Assembly: GCF_964355755.1 (NCBI RefSeq)
Contig: NC_092670.1
Coordinates: 25,406,795-25,470,794, forward strand
Source: Antedon mediterranea
Lineage: Eukaryota > Animalia > Echinodermata
DNA: 64,000 nt
Direction of reading: 5' to 3'
The notes beneath the pieces are model-generated. The model saw only the letters and a list, made by a program, of their open reading frames with translations. It ran no database searches and was not told where the DNA came from. Positions 12,921 to 26,139 of the stretch are shown here, piece after piece (within the stretch, counting starts at the first letter, position 1; each line of letters begins with the position of its first letter). A program made the position numbers and the translations under genes.

Positions 12921-13919
12921 TTTATTGAACATACGCCTTTAAATCGGCGGCACACGTTCTTCTGGACGGTGCGTTCTTACATACATTACATACATTAAGT
13001 TAGCCAGAAGGCTAAATAAAAGTAAAAGAGAAAATAAAAGAAAAAACATTTAAATGAAAGGAAACGAATTGTATAAACAGAAACTAAAGAGCAAAAAGTA
13101 CAATACTTAACTTTGATGGAGTGTTATTATTTATTATTAGTATTATTATCAATGTTATTAATATGTTAATTTTAAAGAAAATATTATTAGACCTATTATT
13201 AAAAATGTCATTTAATTTAAATATTATATTGTTTATTATTATTTAGCGACACTAATGTTTACGAACTGCTAAAACGTAATCCAACACAAAACTATAAACG
13301 AAAAGTGGTCAACATCATAGGCAGGTTGTTCAAAGAAAAGAAAATCAACTACAGAGAGAAAGAATGGCTGTTTCCCACGGCTGAAATTGTACCTAGGTTG
13401 TATTGTCTTCCGAAGATACATAAACCAAATTGGCCATTAAGACCTATAGTAGATAACATCAACACCGTTTTTTACACCGTTGCACAATTCCTCACCAAAA
13501 TCCTGGGTCCGCTTGTCGGAAACACAGAACATCATGTAACTTACTCAGGAGAGTTGGCGAGTGAACTAAAAGAAATAATAGTCAAACCAAGTGAAACATT
13601 TGTCTCGTTTGACGTAGTATCTCTGTTTACAAAAACACCAGTAGAAGAGGCCCTCAAAGTTGTCGAAAATCGCCTAACAACAGATCCGACACTTCTGGAT
13701 AGAACTAAACTACATGTGACAGACATAATGGAGCTCCTCGGTTTAATTGTGAACACTGACCTATTTCTCGTTCAATGGTAACATTTATAGGCAAATACAA
13801 GGCATTGCTATGGGAAGCCCAATAAGTCCTATATTGGCGAACTTGTATCTAGAGTGGCTCGAACATCAAGCCATAAACACGGCACCCACTAACATCAAGC
13901 CTGTGTATTGGAAACGATA

Positions 13920-15565
13920 CATAGTTGCCATTTCTGGCATTATTATGCTTTTTGGCATTATTTAGAGGCCCACGGCATCTGGCATAATGCCGCGGCATTA
14001 TTTAGCCGTTTTTAGCATAATCTGGCATAATTTTGTGTTTTTTGAACAACCAAAAAAATAATATACCACAGAACAAAAATAAAATATTTTGTTTAATCTT
14101 GCAATTTAATACATATCACCTTACACAATATCATATCGTACAAAACAGATCTGTTTGGGTTTTCCGTACAATAGTTCTTCCATCCTTTTGTTTCGGACTT
14201 AAATAGACTCTTCGGATAGGAAGGCTGCCCGAAAACTACCGTGTGTGCGATCTAAAGAGGCTAGCTATTGGCCAATTATGTTGCTCTATTTCAGAGACCA
14301 TGCAGGTTATTGGATCCCCAGATATAGAGACAATTGAACGAAAACATTATGAAAGGGGTTTTGTTGTTTCAGTTCATAATTATAAGTGGCCGCACCCCTA
14401 CCCCAACCCTTGAAATGGCAATTTCCAGTAACTAATTAGAAGCTCTAATTTTAAAAAGAATTTCTTCTAGCAGAATTTGTTTTCCATATTTCAAATTATG
14501 TTCCATTTGCATCGTCGTAGCAACTCTATTTTTCCAAATGTTCTTCACCTCTCAGCCCCAGTAGTGACCATGTGGGCGAGGTAATTTTTATTTAAAATTA
14601 AGTGCCATTTCCGCCCATCGAGCAGCTCTATTTTTCAATTTTTTTTACCTCAGCCCCAACCATGGTGGGGCTGAAGTCATGGAGACACTTAATATATATT
14701 TTTATTTCCTATTTTAAATTATAATTGCCATTTTCAAAGCTATGATGGGCTAAGATCCTGGAGGTACTAATAAATATATTTTTATTTCATATTTGAAATT
14801 AAGTGCCATTTCCGCCCATTGAGCAGCTCTATTTTCCCAAATTTTCTTACCTCAGCACCAGCCATGGTGGAGCTGAGGTCTTGGCGGACACTTAATATAT
14901 ATTTTGATTTCCTATTTTCAATTATAATTGCCATTTTCGAACTATGGTGGGCTAAGATCCTGGAGACACTAATAAATATATTTTTATTTCATATTTTAAA
15001 TTAAGTGGCATTTCCGGCCATCAGCATTAGTTTCAAAATTTTCTTATCAACCATGGTGGGGCTGAGGTCCTGGAGACACTTAATATATATTTTTATTTCC
15101 TATTTTAAATTATAATTGCCATTTTCTAATTATGGTGGGCTAAGATCCTTTCATATTTGAAATTAAGTGCAAAGATCGAGCAGCTCTCATATTTCAGCTC
15201 AAAAATTCTAAATTTCCATGGCTGTAACAGGTTTTTTTGGGGGGTGGGGGGAGAAGTATTCGTGGGTTGAGAAGTGTTCGTGGGTTGGTGTTTGTGTCAT
15301 TTGCAATTACCATTTTCGCACCCCAGATATTTTTAGAATTATTAGTTTTTACTCACAAAACTAAAAATACAATTTTTGAACGACATAGGGATACAATTTA
15401 GGCCCTATATTGTGTCAGTTGGGGTTTTACAAACGTTTATTAGACATACAACCGTTGGTGGCGCTGTTTAGGGCCACATTTTGGGGATCTGGCATTATTT
15501 TTCCCAATCTGGCATTATTTGAGACAGGATACGGCATAATTTAAATTTTATCGCTGGCAACGCTG
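13920..15565. mobile_element. Non-autonomous hAT-type DNA transposon (1646 bp) inserted in the Penelope RT
   Basis: TIRs CATAGTTGCCA...TGGCAACGCTG with 8-bp TSD AAACGATA (13912-13919 and 15566-15573). Subterminal GGCATTATTT/GGCATAAT repeats and internal ~220-bp tandem units at 14590-15180. Confidence 0.9.
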
Positions 15566-16764
15566 AAACGATACGTTGATGATGTATTAGCTATCATCCC
15601 CACAGGTACAGTACATACATTTAACACACATCTTAATAACATCGATATAACTGACAATATCAAGTTCACCACAGAATCCATGACAAACAACACAATACCT
15701 TTCCTGGACATGCTCATCACACTCAATGACAATGGAACAGTTACCACCTCAGTCTATCGGAAGCCCACTCACACAGACCAATATTTACATTTCAACTCAC
15801 ATCATCCACTCGAACACAAACTGGGGCTTATAAACACGCTTGTGGACAGAGCTGAGAAGGTAGTGGGAGATATGGATTTGAGGAAAGTTGAGATGGATAA
15901 CATCAAGAAAGCGTTACACAACTGCCAGTATCCAGAGTGGTCCTTCCAGAGAGTTATGGAAAACCGAAAAAGAAAAAAGAACAAAGGACACGAACCACAG
16001 AAGGAAAAGATCAAGATGCGAGGTAGCATAGGAATCCCCTATGTAAAAGGAATGGCAGAAAGAATACGACGCACTCTCTCCTATCACAATGTCGGAACCT
16101 ATTTCCTACCCCAAAATAAAATCAAGAATAGCCTCGTCCACCCAAAAGATAAAATCGAGAAGATGGATACATGTGGAGTAATCTACGAAGTCACCTGCCG
16201 CAACTGTCCACAAGTTTACATTGGGGAAACAGGGAGGGCATTACAAACACGAATTAATGATCACAAAAAAGATGTTACAACAAACACGGGGGGAGTAATG
16301 ACTAGGGCCTCCAGAACATCCACATCTTCGATCATACACAAATCTGCCATTACAGAACATGTCATAAAACACAATCATGTACCGAACTGGGAGGCGACCA
16401 TCTTAACCAAAGAGCCTAAACGCAAAGACAGACAGATTAGAGAATCATTACATATAAGGAGAAATAAGGAGAAGACCATGAACCGGGACACTGGAGCCCA
16501 CGAACTCTCGCATTTGTACAATGATTTGATAGACACATCACCTGGCCGAGCCCCGCACGCGATTTTTTTTTTCGTACATAAGTTGGGGACCCCTCATGAA
16601 ACGTCACAAAATAAACATGAATAATTCATCAGTTAAATTTGTTGTTCCGCGTTTAAATTTAACTCTTCCCTGATACAACCGGAGGCGTACGACGTCATCA
16701 ACAGATGACGTCATCAACAGATGACGTCAAGAATGACCAAGCTGCATTAACACTCCGCAGCCAG

Positions 16765-16798
16765 TTGAGAAGGATCTCTGATAGAGATCGAAACGTTC
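16765..16798 (+). ncRNA. Candidate minimal hammerhead ribozyme (U3-A8 core variant) at the Penelope 3' end
   Basis: TTGAGAA-G-GATCTCT-gat-AGAGATC-GAAACGTTC: core, perfect 7-bp stem II, GAAA and palindromic AACGTT stem III. Stem I pairing is not clean. Confidence 0.6.
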
Positions 16799-17189
16799 GA
16801 GTAAGTACTCCGTTAACTTGTGCTTTTACAAAAACGAAATTTGTCATTTATTATTATTTAATTATTTATGTTCTTGTTAATACTGTATATCATTTAATTA
16901 TGTTATGAGTTATGATCTTTATTTGTTATTTAGTTAAAGTGGTATTATTTTTATTATTATTTCGATTTTCCTAATTTTAATATTTAATCTTAACTTATTT
17001 TTAGTGTTTTATTAACCATTTTACCTCCTGAATTAATTGTGTTTTTAAAGTTTTGTAAATATAAATTTAAAGTCTCCATGCAAAATACAGAAATAAATAA
17101 AAGGCCTAAAATGAACAGAAATTACATTTGCAAAATTAACAAATTACATTAAAAAGTTAAACATAAACATAACATAAAAGTTAATAATA

Positions 17190-17292
17190 ACTTGGTTATA
17201 CATCAGAATATCGAGACATTGGAGGGGGGTTCATTTTGAAAATTTTGAATTTCTTATGAAAACAATTTCTCGATATTCTGATATAACCAAAT
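17190..17292. mobile_element. Short inverted-repeat (MITE remnant)
   Basis: ttggttatacatcagaatatcgaga ... tctcgatattctgatataaccaa. Confidence 0.6.
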
Positions 17293-17615
17293 TTATTTTA
17301 TTGATATCCAACATTAATAGAGCTGATCATGAAAACATAAATGATGTATAGGCCTGTCATAACATTAGAAAAATGGGAAAGGTATTTATGAACAAATTGG
17401 GTTGGAATGAAATTTGGCTTTTTAAGTTATTTAAAATGATAAAGGAACTGGAATTAGCTAATTCTAATTTTAACTCTCTGCATTTCTTGTATACGAAAAA
17501 CTGTATAATAAATGGAAAATTACTGAGAACATCATTTTGAACGATGTAATATTGAAGATGAGTATGAAAATAATATGTTTACGTTGTAAAGATGTTCACT
17601 TATGGACTAAAATAT

Positions 17616-17718
17616 AACAAGGCCATATATATGGCTGCAGTCGCATGCTCAATTAATTAGTGTTTACCGACCAACCGACACCGACATAGTGAGCTGTAGA
17701 GTCGCGTTGACTAAAAAT
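17616..17718 (+). mobile_element. Short HINE/DINE-like element (family A)
   Basis: aacaaggcc...agtcgc...(ccga)n catagtgagctgtagagtcgcg...actaaaaa; homologous to 25788, 38067, 42729 and 58934. Confidence 0.75.
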
Positions 17719-20700
17719 GATGTAGGTATAAACAAAGAATATCATTAAGCTCACTTGTGACAGTATTGTACGAATCCAAACAAAATAGATATGTTGTTGT
17801 TGCAATGTAACATACTATTTTTGCTTGTGAATGAATTCATGGTTTAATGAATAAGTTTTTTTAATGTTTGTGAATAGGCTCATATATGTTCGTGAATAAG
17901 TTCATGTTTGTGAGTAAGATGATCATGTTATGAACAGAGACATATTTATATCTCTGTTAATAAATAATAAAACACGTCAGAACCACCCTTCGGAGATCCT
18001 GATCGTGCTCTCAAAGTATTTTTTTTTATGTTTAAAGTGAGAAAATGGGTAATTTGGGTTGTTTGTGGTCATTTTTATACATGGGTAAATAAATGACTGA
18101 GGTTAAATTCACGGGAAGGTTCGAATTTTGTGTCAGATTATTTCTATGGGTGTTCGTAGAAGCCCCAATTATTTTTATATATTTACGTAAGGGCAAAAAA
18201 GTCGGTAAATCGCGCGTTATTTCTTGAATTTTACTCGATGGTAGGCCTATATATTATAAAGTTGGTTCGTACTTTCGGTACTGATTTTAACCACCTGATG
18301 TAACTCTGTTTACTAATTAAATTGCGTTAGATAATTAGTTATTGACAATTAAAACGAATTTAGGTTCAACGATTTGCCCCAAATAGGGGTGTTTTCCGAT
18401 CATCATGGTATACACTGTCTAATGGATGTAGGCCTACATCTTGAAAAATACCCGCACACAATAATACGAGGATGCTTCGCATTTACCTATCTTCTTCTAC
18501 GATAATTGTTTTTTTGTAGCTGAAAACCGGTTGAACAACTCGAGTACAGCATCATAATGTTGAAGACAGACCGCTTTTCTTTAAAAAATACTATTTTGAT
18601 AGATTTAATATACGTTTATACAAATATATTGATTTGCGATGAATGGAACATTCCAATCTCTCAGTCTCCCAGTATAATTATTTGGTAACACAAGTAGGTA
18701 ATGGGCCCTTGGCAATACTGTAAATACGTATTAACCATTTTTGGTCGCCATTTGAATAGCAAATTTCTTACTTTCAGTGTGGGTACTGTTAGATAATAGA
18801 TATATAAACACATATACAAATACACTTTATTACTGTGAGTGTGGATAGGCTCTACTGTTATATAAACACATAATAGGATACAAATAAACTGTATTACTGA
18901 CAGTTGCTTCTCAACGTTTGTATTAATTATTAATTACAACAAATATAAACGTTGTAGTGGTGTTACATGTACTTTACTATTTCAATCGACTATGACAGTG
19001 ACAGTTTTAACAAAGTATTAAATCGCAAATGTTTCACTGTATTATTTAGTGGTATATTATAATAGGCCTATAAAACATGAACAAATATTTAGTTACTGTG
19101 AATGGATAAAGAATATATTTAAAAATTGTACCCATCCTCTTCTCCATCCCTCAACCCTAATGTTACATAACACAAATTGGGTTTGTTTAAATGAGGCCAA
19201 ATACAAAATTTAGACTCATTTTGTGACAAGTTTCTCTTAAGTAATTCCAATGTGAGTTAGAGACAGTGTCGTCAAGTTTATATTTAATTTTAAATTTTGT
19301 TTATCCCGACAAAATGTGCAATTCCCTGACGATAGGGACTGACATGGAAGCCCCTTTAAGGTGATTCAGATTTTATATGTGTAATAATAAACAAAATGAC
19401 GAGCTTATCCACCACCATCGCGTCGGGGGTTATCTATTGACAAATGACGTTTGCAATAATGGGACTGTTAATTTATCAAACATTGGAATTTCCGATACGA
19501 TATTTTTAGATTAGTTCTACATGAATTATTGAAATATGACCAGCATATTTTCATGAATATTCATAATACGTGTGTGTTTTATCAATATATAATTTCAAGG
19601 GATAGAAAAACACAGTACTGTCGTATATAACTGTAGCGATGTACAATAATATGATAAATACAAGTTCAATCGCAGTTATAGATACTTTGTGATAGTATAT
19701 ACCTCCAAATATGACACTGTTTTTTTTATATTTTAATAGTCTGCCTGTATAAATAAATATGGATTGTTCTGTTATGTTGTCGTTAATACTTTCTCTGCGG
19801 TATATGTATTTCTAACTGACTGAAAAGTGTTTTTAGCATGGAGAACTAAACAGTGCACTGTTTAGTGCACTGTCTGGTGCACTAAACAGTGCACTGAACA
19901 AAGTAATCCATGGTCAGGTCATTAGCATGCTATACCCCATTGTGGTGTTGCGGCGCCAAAAAAAAAAAAAAACACTTTTTGACTTGTTTATTAGTAGAAA
20001 TGTGGTAGAATTGATTTAGTTTAAATGATACAGGATGACTTGAAAACAGTACGCACTGGCCCACTTCACTTGACACACAATCCAGCCCACGAGAGAGAAA
20101 ATAAAACGATGGCACAACATCACAATAGATCGCGCATGTCGTCGTCTAACGACAATGAAGCGTAGGCCTATTGATGTTCATGGTCAGATGAAATATTTCC
20201 GAAATAAAAGAAATTGAATTGAATAAACATATTTGTAAATTTCTCGCGAACTTTACTCTCAATGCTTAGGTACGTAAGCACGTCAAGTAATATTTCATAT
20301 AATGGTGTCGAGATTAAAGATATCACACACATGTGTAATGATAAATTAAATAGTATTACTATTTTAGACGATGAATCTCATCTCTCTGGCTTGCGTCGCG
20401 ACTACTTCTTGCGTTGAGTCTCGACTGCTGGTAAGTGTGGGCAGAACCAAGCTTTATAACAAAATGTATGATGGCGCACCACAAATAATAATAATTTAAA
20501 CTAGATGAAATAATACAGATAGGGAGAACTATTTGTGTCTGAACGTCCTACAAACCGAAACTAGATGACGAATTATTTTATCCTTGAAATCATGCCTGAC
20601 AGTTCTTCTAGTTACCTATCCTATGAGCATATAACATATCCTATACAGATACGTCTACATGAATGTTTACATTTATCAATCAACAATATGCAATAAATCG

Positions 20701-21879
20701 ATATCCAAGTCTTCAAAACGATAATTCTGCAATATCGTTCTCATTCTAAGTCATGTCCGGGGTCATGTCATATTAAAGATGGGACACACGTTTATTCAGC
20801 CGCATGCCTACTTCTTGAATGAATATATATTAATTATTTTCAAAAATAATTCTAATATTTTTATATTTGAATGTAAATCCTTAGAATGATACTTTTAAAA
20901 GTAACAAACATGAAATAATCCAAACTCTTACGCACAAAAGAATATTAAAGGGCACAAGTAGTTCCCCGCACAATAACGGACTCGCCATTTTGCGATTTTG
21001 TACTCTTGGCACCATTAATCGTATAGTAGGCCTATATACTGTAGATTTAAAAGTTTGATAACACTATATCCAGTCATGCGTGCACTATGGTAACATAAAT
21101 TATAAATTATCCACAAATATATATAGCCTATTCGAAATAAAATTATCTATAGGCCTACTCAAAATAATAGGAAGCTTTCGTACTTTTAGTATCCTGCCCT
21201 TACTTTCCAATAATAGGTTTTTTCTTAAATCAAATCATGGGGTAGAATTTTCCCCCGTTTTTTGTTGGACCTCCAATTATATTGTTTAAAAAATCTATAT
21301 TCTGCCAAGAAAACAATTGTTTAAAAAATATATATTCTGCCAAGAAAACAATTATCATTGTGTATATATATATATATATAATGATGCCTCTACTGTCACA
21401 GCTTGTTTCAAAATTTATAATAATTTAAATTAAATATGAAAAATAAAAGTATACTTTTATGAATGCCACTGATATGCATATCAGCTTGTGATCGACTGCT
21501 CCACCACATACACACACGTCACGGAGCTATATTTCCTATACCATCCTGGCTAGTTGAGAATTCTCAACTATTTTATGTTTTTTTCTACCGTTCTGGAAAA
21601 TGATATAATACAAAGTGTATTAATACTACCAGTAGTAAACATTTAGAAACACTTGCATACCTTCACTAATTTTAGTTGTTTGTAGTTTAAGACAATCTTA
21701 GTGATATTTAAATGAAAACAATACGATAAAACTATTGTGTCTGTATTTTACAAGACTATGACTTCCGTATAACGTGCATTGTAGGTACTTCAATTTTTAT
21801 AGAAAAGCTAGGGAATCATAATTTAGTAGGCAGCATATGGAGACGGGGCAACCAAACTTGCTTATCAAATCAAAGCACA

Positions 21880-24800
21880 GTAGTAAAGCAAAGGATAAAA
21901 TTAATGTATGATCCAGTTTACCACTGTTCTCAACTATAGTCATTTTAGTATACTTGAGCACAGTTATAAAGAATAGGATAAACTTAATAATATACAACAA
22001 ATAACATTAATGTACGATCCAGTTTACCACTGTTCTCAACTATAGTCATTTTAGTATACTTGAGCACAGTGATAAAGAATAGGATAAACTTCGAATAAAC
22101 AGCAAATAACATTAATGTACGATGCCGTTTAATACTGTTTTAAACTATAGTCATTTGAGTATAATTAATCACAGATAAAGAATAAGATCAACTTAATACT
22201 GTAATATACAACAAATAACATTAATGTATGATCCCGTTTAACACTGTTCTCAACTATAGTCATTTTGGTATACTTGAGAACAGTGATAAAGAATAGGATA
22301 AACTTAACAATATACAACAAATAACATTAATGTATGATCCCGTTTAACACTGTTCTCAACTATAGTCATTTTAGTATACTTGAGCACAGTGATAAAGAAT
22401 AGGATAAACTTAACAATATACAACAAAAAACATTAATGTATGATCCCGTTTAACACTGTTCTCAACTATAGTCATTTTAGTATACTTGAGCACAGTGATA
22501 AAGAATAGGATAAACTTAACAATATACAACAAATAGCATTAATGTACGATCCAGTTTAACACTGTTCTCAACTATAGACATTTTGGTATACTTGAGCACA
22601 GTGATAAAGAATAGGATAAACTTAACAATATACAACAAAAAACATTAATGTACGATCCAGTTTAACACTGTTCTCAACTATAGTCATTTTGGTATACTTG
22701 AGAACAGTGATAAAGAATAGGATAAACTTAACAATATACAACAAATAACATTAATGTACGATCCCGTTTAACACTGTTCTCAACTATAGTCATTTTGGTA
22801 TACTTGAGCACAGTGATAAAGAATAGGATAAACTTAACAATATACAACAAATAACATTAATGTACGATCCCGTTTAACACTGTTCTCAACTATAGTCATT
22901 TTGGTATACTTGAGAACAGTGATAAAGAATAGGATAAACTTAACAATATACAACAAATAACATTAATGTATGATGTAGTTTAACACTGTTCTCAACTATA
23001 GTCATTTTGGTATACTTGAGCACAGTGATAAAGAATAGGATAAACTTAACAATATACAACAAATAACATTAATGTACGATGTAGTTTAACACTGTTCTCA
23101 ACTATAGTCATTTTGGTATACTTGAGCACAGTGATAAAGAATAGGATAAACTTAACAATATACAACAAATAACATTAATGTACGATCCCGTTTAACACTG
23201 TTCTCAACTATAGTCATTTTGGTATACTTGAGAACAGTGATAAAGAATAGGATAAACTTAACAATATACAACAAAATAACATTAATGTACGATCCAGTTT
23301 AACCCTGTTCTAAACTATAGTCATTTTGGTATATTTGAGCACAGTGATAAAGAATAGGATAAACTTCGAATAAACAGCAAATAACATTAATGTACGATGC
23401 CGTTTAATACTGTTTTAAACTATAGTCATTTGAGTATAATTAATCACAGATAAAGAATAAGATCAACTTAATAATATACAACAAATAACATTAATGTATG
23501 ATCCCGTTTAACACTGTTCTCAACTATAGTCATTTTGGTATACTTGAGAACAGTGATAAAGAATAGGATAAACTTAACAATATACAACAAAAAACATTAA
23601 TGTACGATCCAGCTTAACACTGTTCTCAACTATAGTCATTTTGGTATACTTGAGAACAGTGATAAAGAATAGGATAAACTTAACAATATACAACAAAAAA
23701 CATTAATGTACGATCCAGCTTAACCCTGTTCTAAACTATAGTCATTTTGGTATACTTGAGAACAGTGATAAAGAATAGGATAAACTTAACAATAAACAAC
23801 AAATAACATTAATGTATGATGTAGTTTAACACTGTTCTCAACTATAGTCATTTTGGTATACTTGAGCACAGTGATAAAGAATAGGATAAACTTAACAATA
23901 TACAACAAATAACATTAATGTACGATGTAGTTTAACACTGTTCTCAACTATAGTCATTTTGGTATACTTGAGCACAGTGATAAAGAATAGGATAAACTTA
24001 ACAATATACAACAAATAACATTAATGTACGATCCCGTTTAACACTGTTCTCAACTAAAGTCATTTTGGTATATTTGAGCACAGTGATAAAGAATAGGATA
24101 AACTTAACAATATACAACAAATAACATTAATGTACGATCCAGTTTAACCCTGTTCTAAACTATAGTCGTTTTGGTATATTTGAGCACAGTGATAAAGAAT
24201 AGGATAAACTTCGAATAAACAGCAAATAACATTAATGTACGATGCCGTTTAATACTGTTTTAAACTATAGTCATTTGAGTATAATTAATCACAGATAAAG
24301 AATAAGATCAACTTAATAATATACAACAAATAACATTAATGTATGATCCCGTTTAACACTGTTCTCAACTATAGTCATTTTGGTATACTTGAGCACAGTG
24401 ATAAAGAATAGGATAAACTTAACAATATACAACAAATAGCATTAATGTACGAACCAGTTTAACACTGTTCTCAACTATAGTCATTTTGGTATACTTGAGA
24501 ACAGTGATAAAGAATAGGATAAACTTAACAATATACAACAAAAAACATTAATGTACGATCCAGCTTAACACTGTTCTCAACTATAGTCATTTTGGTATAC
24601 TTGAGAACAGTGATAAAGAATAGGATAAACTTAACAATATACAACAAAAAACATTAATGTACGATCCAGTTTAACCCTGTTCTAAACTATAGTCATTTTG
24701 GTATATTTGAGCACAGTGATAAAGAATAGGATAAACTTAACAATATACAACAAATAACATTAATGTACGATCCAGTTTAACACTGTTCTCGACTATAGTC

Positions 24801-25705
24801 ATTTTGGTATACAAGTTCAAAAAACATTTATTTATTCAACAATGGCATTATACAGTATAATATAATTATAGGTGTGTACATAAATGAAAACATAGTAATA
24901 AGCCATCATTTGGGGTCTTCTCTAGAAGAAAACAAGTTTCTTGTCTCGAGAAAGACCCCAGAAACAATACACATACATTTAAACTAATACAATTTACTAC
25001 ATAAAATAATAAATAAAAACAAAAACGATGAAATAAAAATAGATACTTTCAGTGTACTACAATCATAATAATATTAAAATTAGTATAAAGAAATAAGATA
25101 TTTTTTAAAATTTTTACGAAAAGTATAAAGAGATTTAAAATGCTTTAGTTTATCATCAAGATCATTCCAGATTCGCGGTCCTGAAACAGAAATAAAATAT
25201 TCGGAAATTTTCAGTCTAAAAGGAGGTACATCAAGATGCTGAAATTTATTATCGATACGTAAATTGTACTTGTGTGATTTTGTATGATGATTTAATAGAT
25301 TAGACATTGTCACAGGGAGTTTGGTATTAAAGAATTGAAAAATAAAGGAAGCAATTTGAGCACAGTGATAAAGAATAGAATAAACTTAACAATATACAAC
25401 AAATAACATTAAATGTACGATCCAGTTTAACACTGTTCTCAACTATAGTCATTTTGGTATACTTGAGCACAGTGATAAAGAATAGGATAAACTTAACAAT
25501 ATACAACAAATAACATTAATGTACGATCCAGTTTAACCCTGTTCTAAACTATAGTCATTTTGGTATATTTGAGCACAGTGATAAAGAATAGGATAAACTT
25601 CGAATAAACAGCAAATAACATTAATGTACGATGCCGTTTAATACTGTTTTAAACTATAGTCATTTGAGTATAATTAATCACAGATAAAGAATAAGATCAA
25701 CTTTA
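21880..25705 (+). repeat. 106-bp tandem satellite, left arm (~30 units, interrupted by a LINE fragment)
   Basis: cattaatg recurs at 22219, 22325 and 22431 (period 106). A diagnostic variant unit recurs at ~22090, 23365, 24210 and 25600. Confidence 0.97.
24813..25355 (-). mobile_element. 3' fragment of L2/Crack/CR1-group LINE inserted in the satellite
   Basis: HKYNLR...FISVSGPRIWNDL...SLYTFRKNFKKYL* is a typical ORF2 C-terminus, with AATAAA near the 3' end. The satellite reads ggtatac|ttgagcacagt when the insert is removed. Confidence 0.85.
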
Positions 25706-25787
25706 ATACTATTTATTAAATTAAAAAAACTAATTCTATATTAACACATATTATTTACATATACTTTCACTGCTGATTTCTAGTATA

Positions 25788-25902
25788 AACAGGCCATAGG
25801 CCTATACATGGCTGCAGTCGCGTGCTCAAATTTGAGTTGGTGTTTACCGACCGACCAACCGACATAGTGAGCTGTAGAGTCGCGTTTGCACGCTACTAAA
25901 AA
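25788..25902 (+). mobile_element. Short HINE/DINE-like element (family A)
   Basis: Homologous to 17616-17718; contains an extra GGCCTA. Confidence 0.75.
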
Positions 25903-26139
25903 GTTCACAAAAACCGTAGGACGGGCACAGGGGAGTTTGTTCGAAACTCCAACCCCTCCCCTGGCTATGCGTTTAGATTTTTCATGCCTCCTTTACAAAC
26001 CAAGATTATTAGAATACTATTAGGAGGATCAAACACAATTCTTGTTGCCAGATTTCATTGACATTACAGGTATGAAGTCTATCAATATACAGTACCGCTT
26101 AATACAATACTTGTTGAGGCCATATCCATCTATACATTT

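Larger units (their letters stand above)
13246..16800 (+). mobile_element. Penelope-like retroelement (RT + GIY-YIG), 5'-truncated, frameshifted and interrupted
   Basis: RT motifs LPKIHK..PLRPIV, SFDVVSLFT, QIQGIAMGSPISP, YWKRYVDD, FLD, YRKPTHTDQYL. GIY-YIG GVIYEVTCRNCPQVYIGETGR and C-terminal NRDTG. Frameshift at ~13755, insertion at 13920-15565, MITE fragment at ~16558-16630. Confidence 0.93.
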
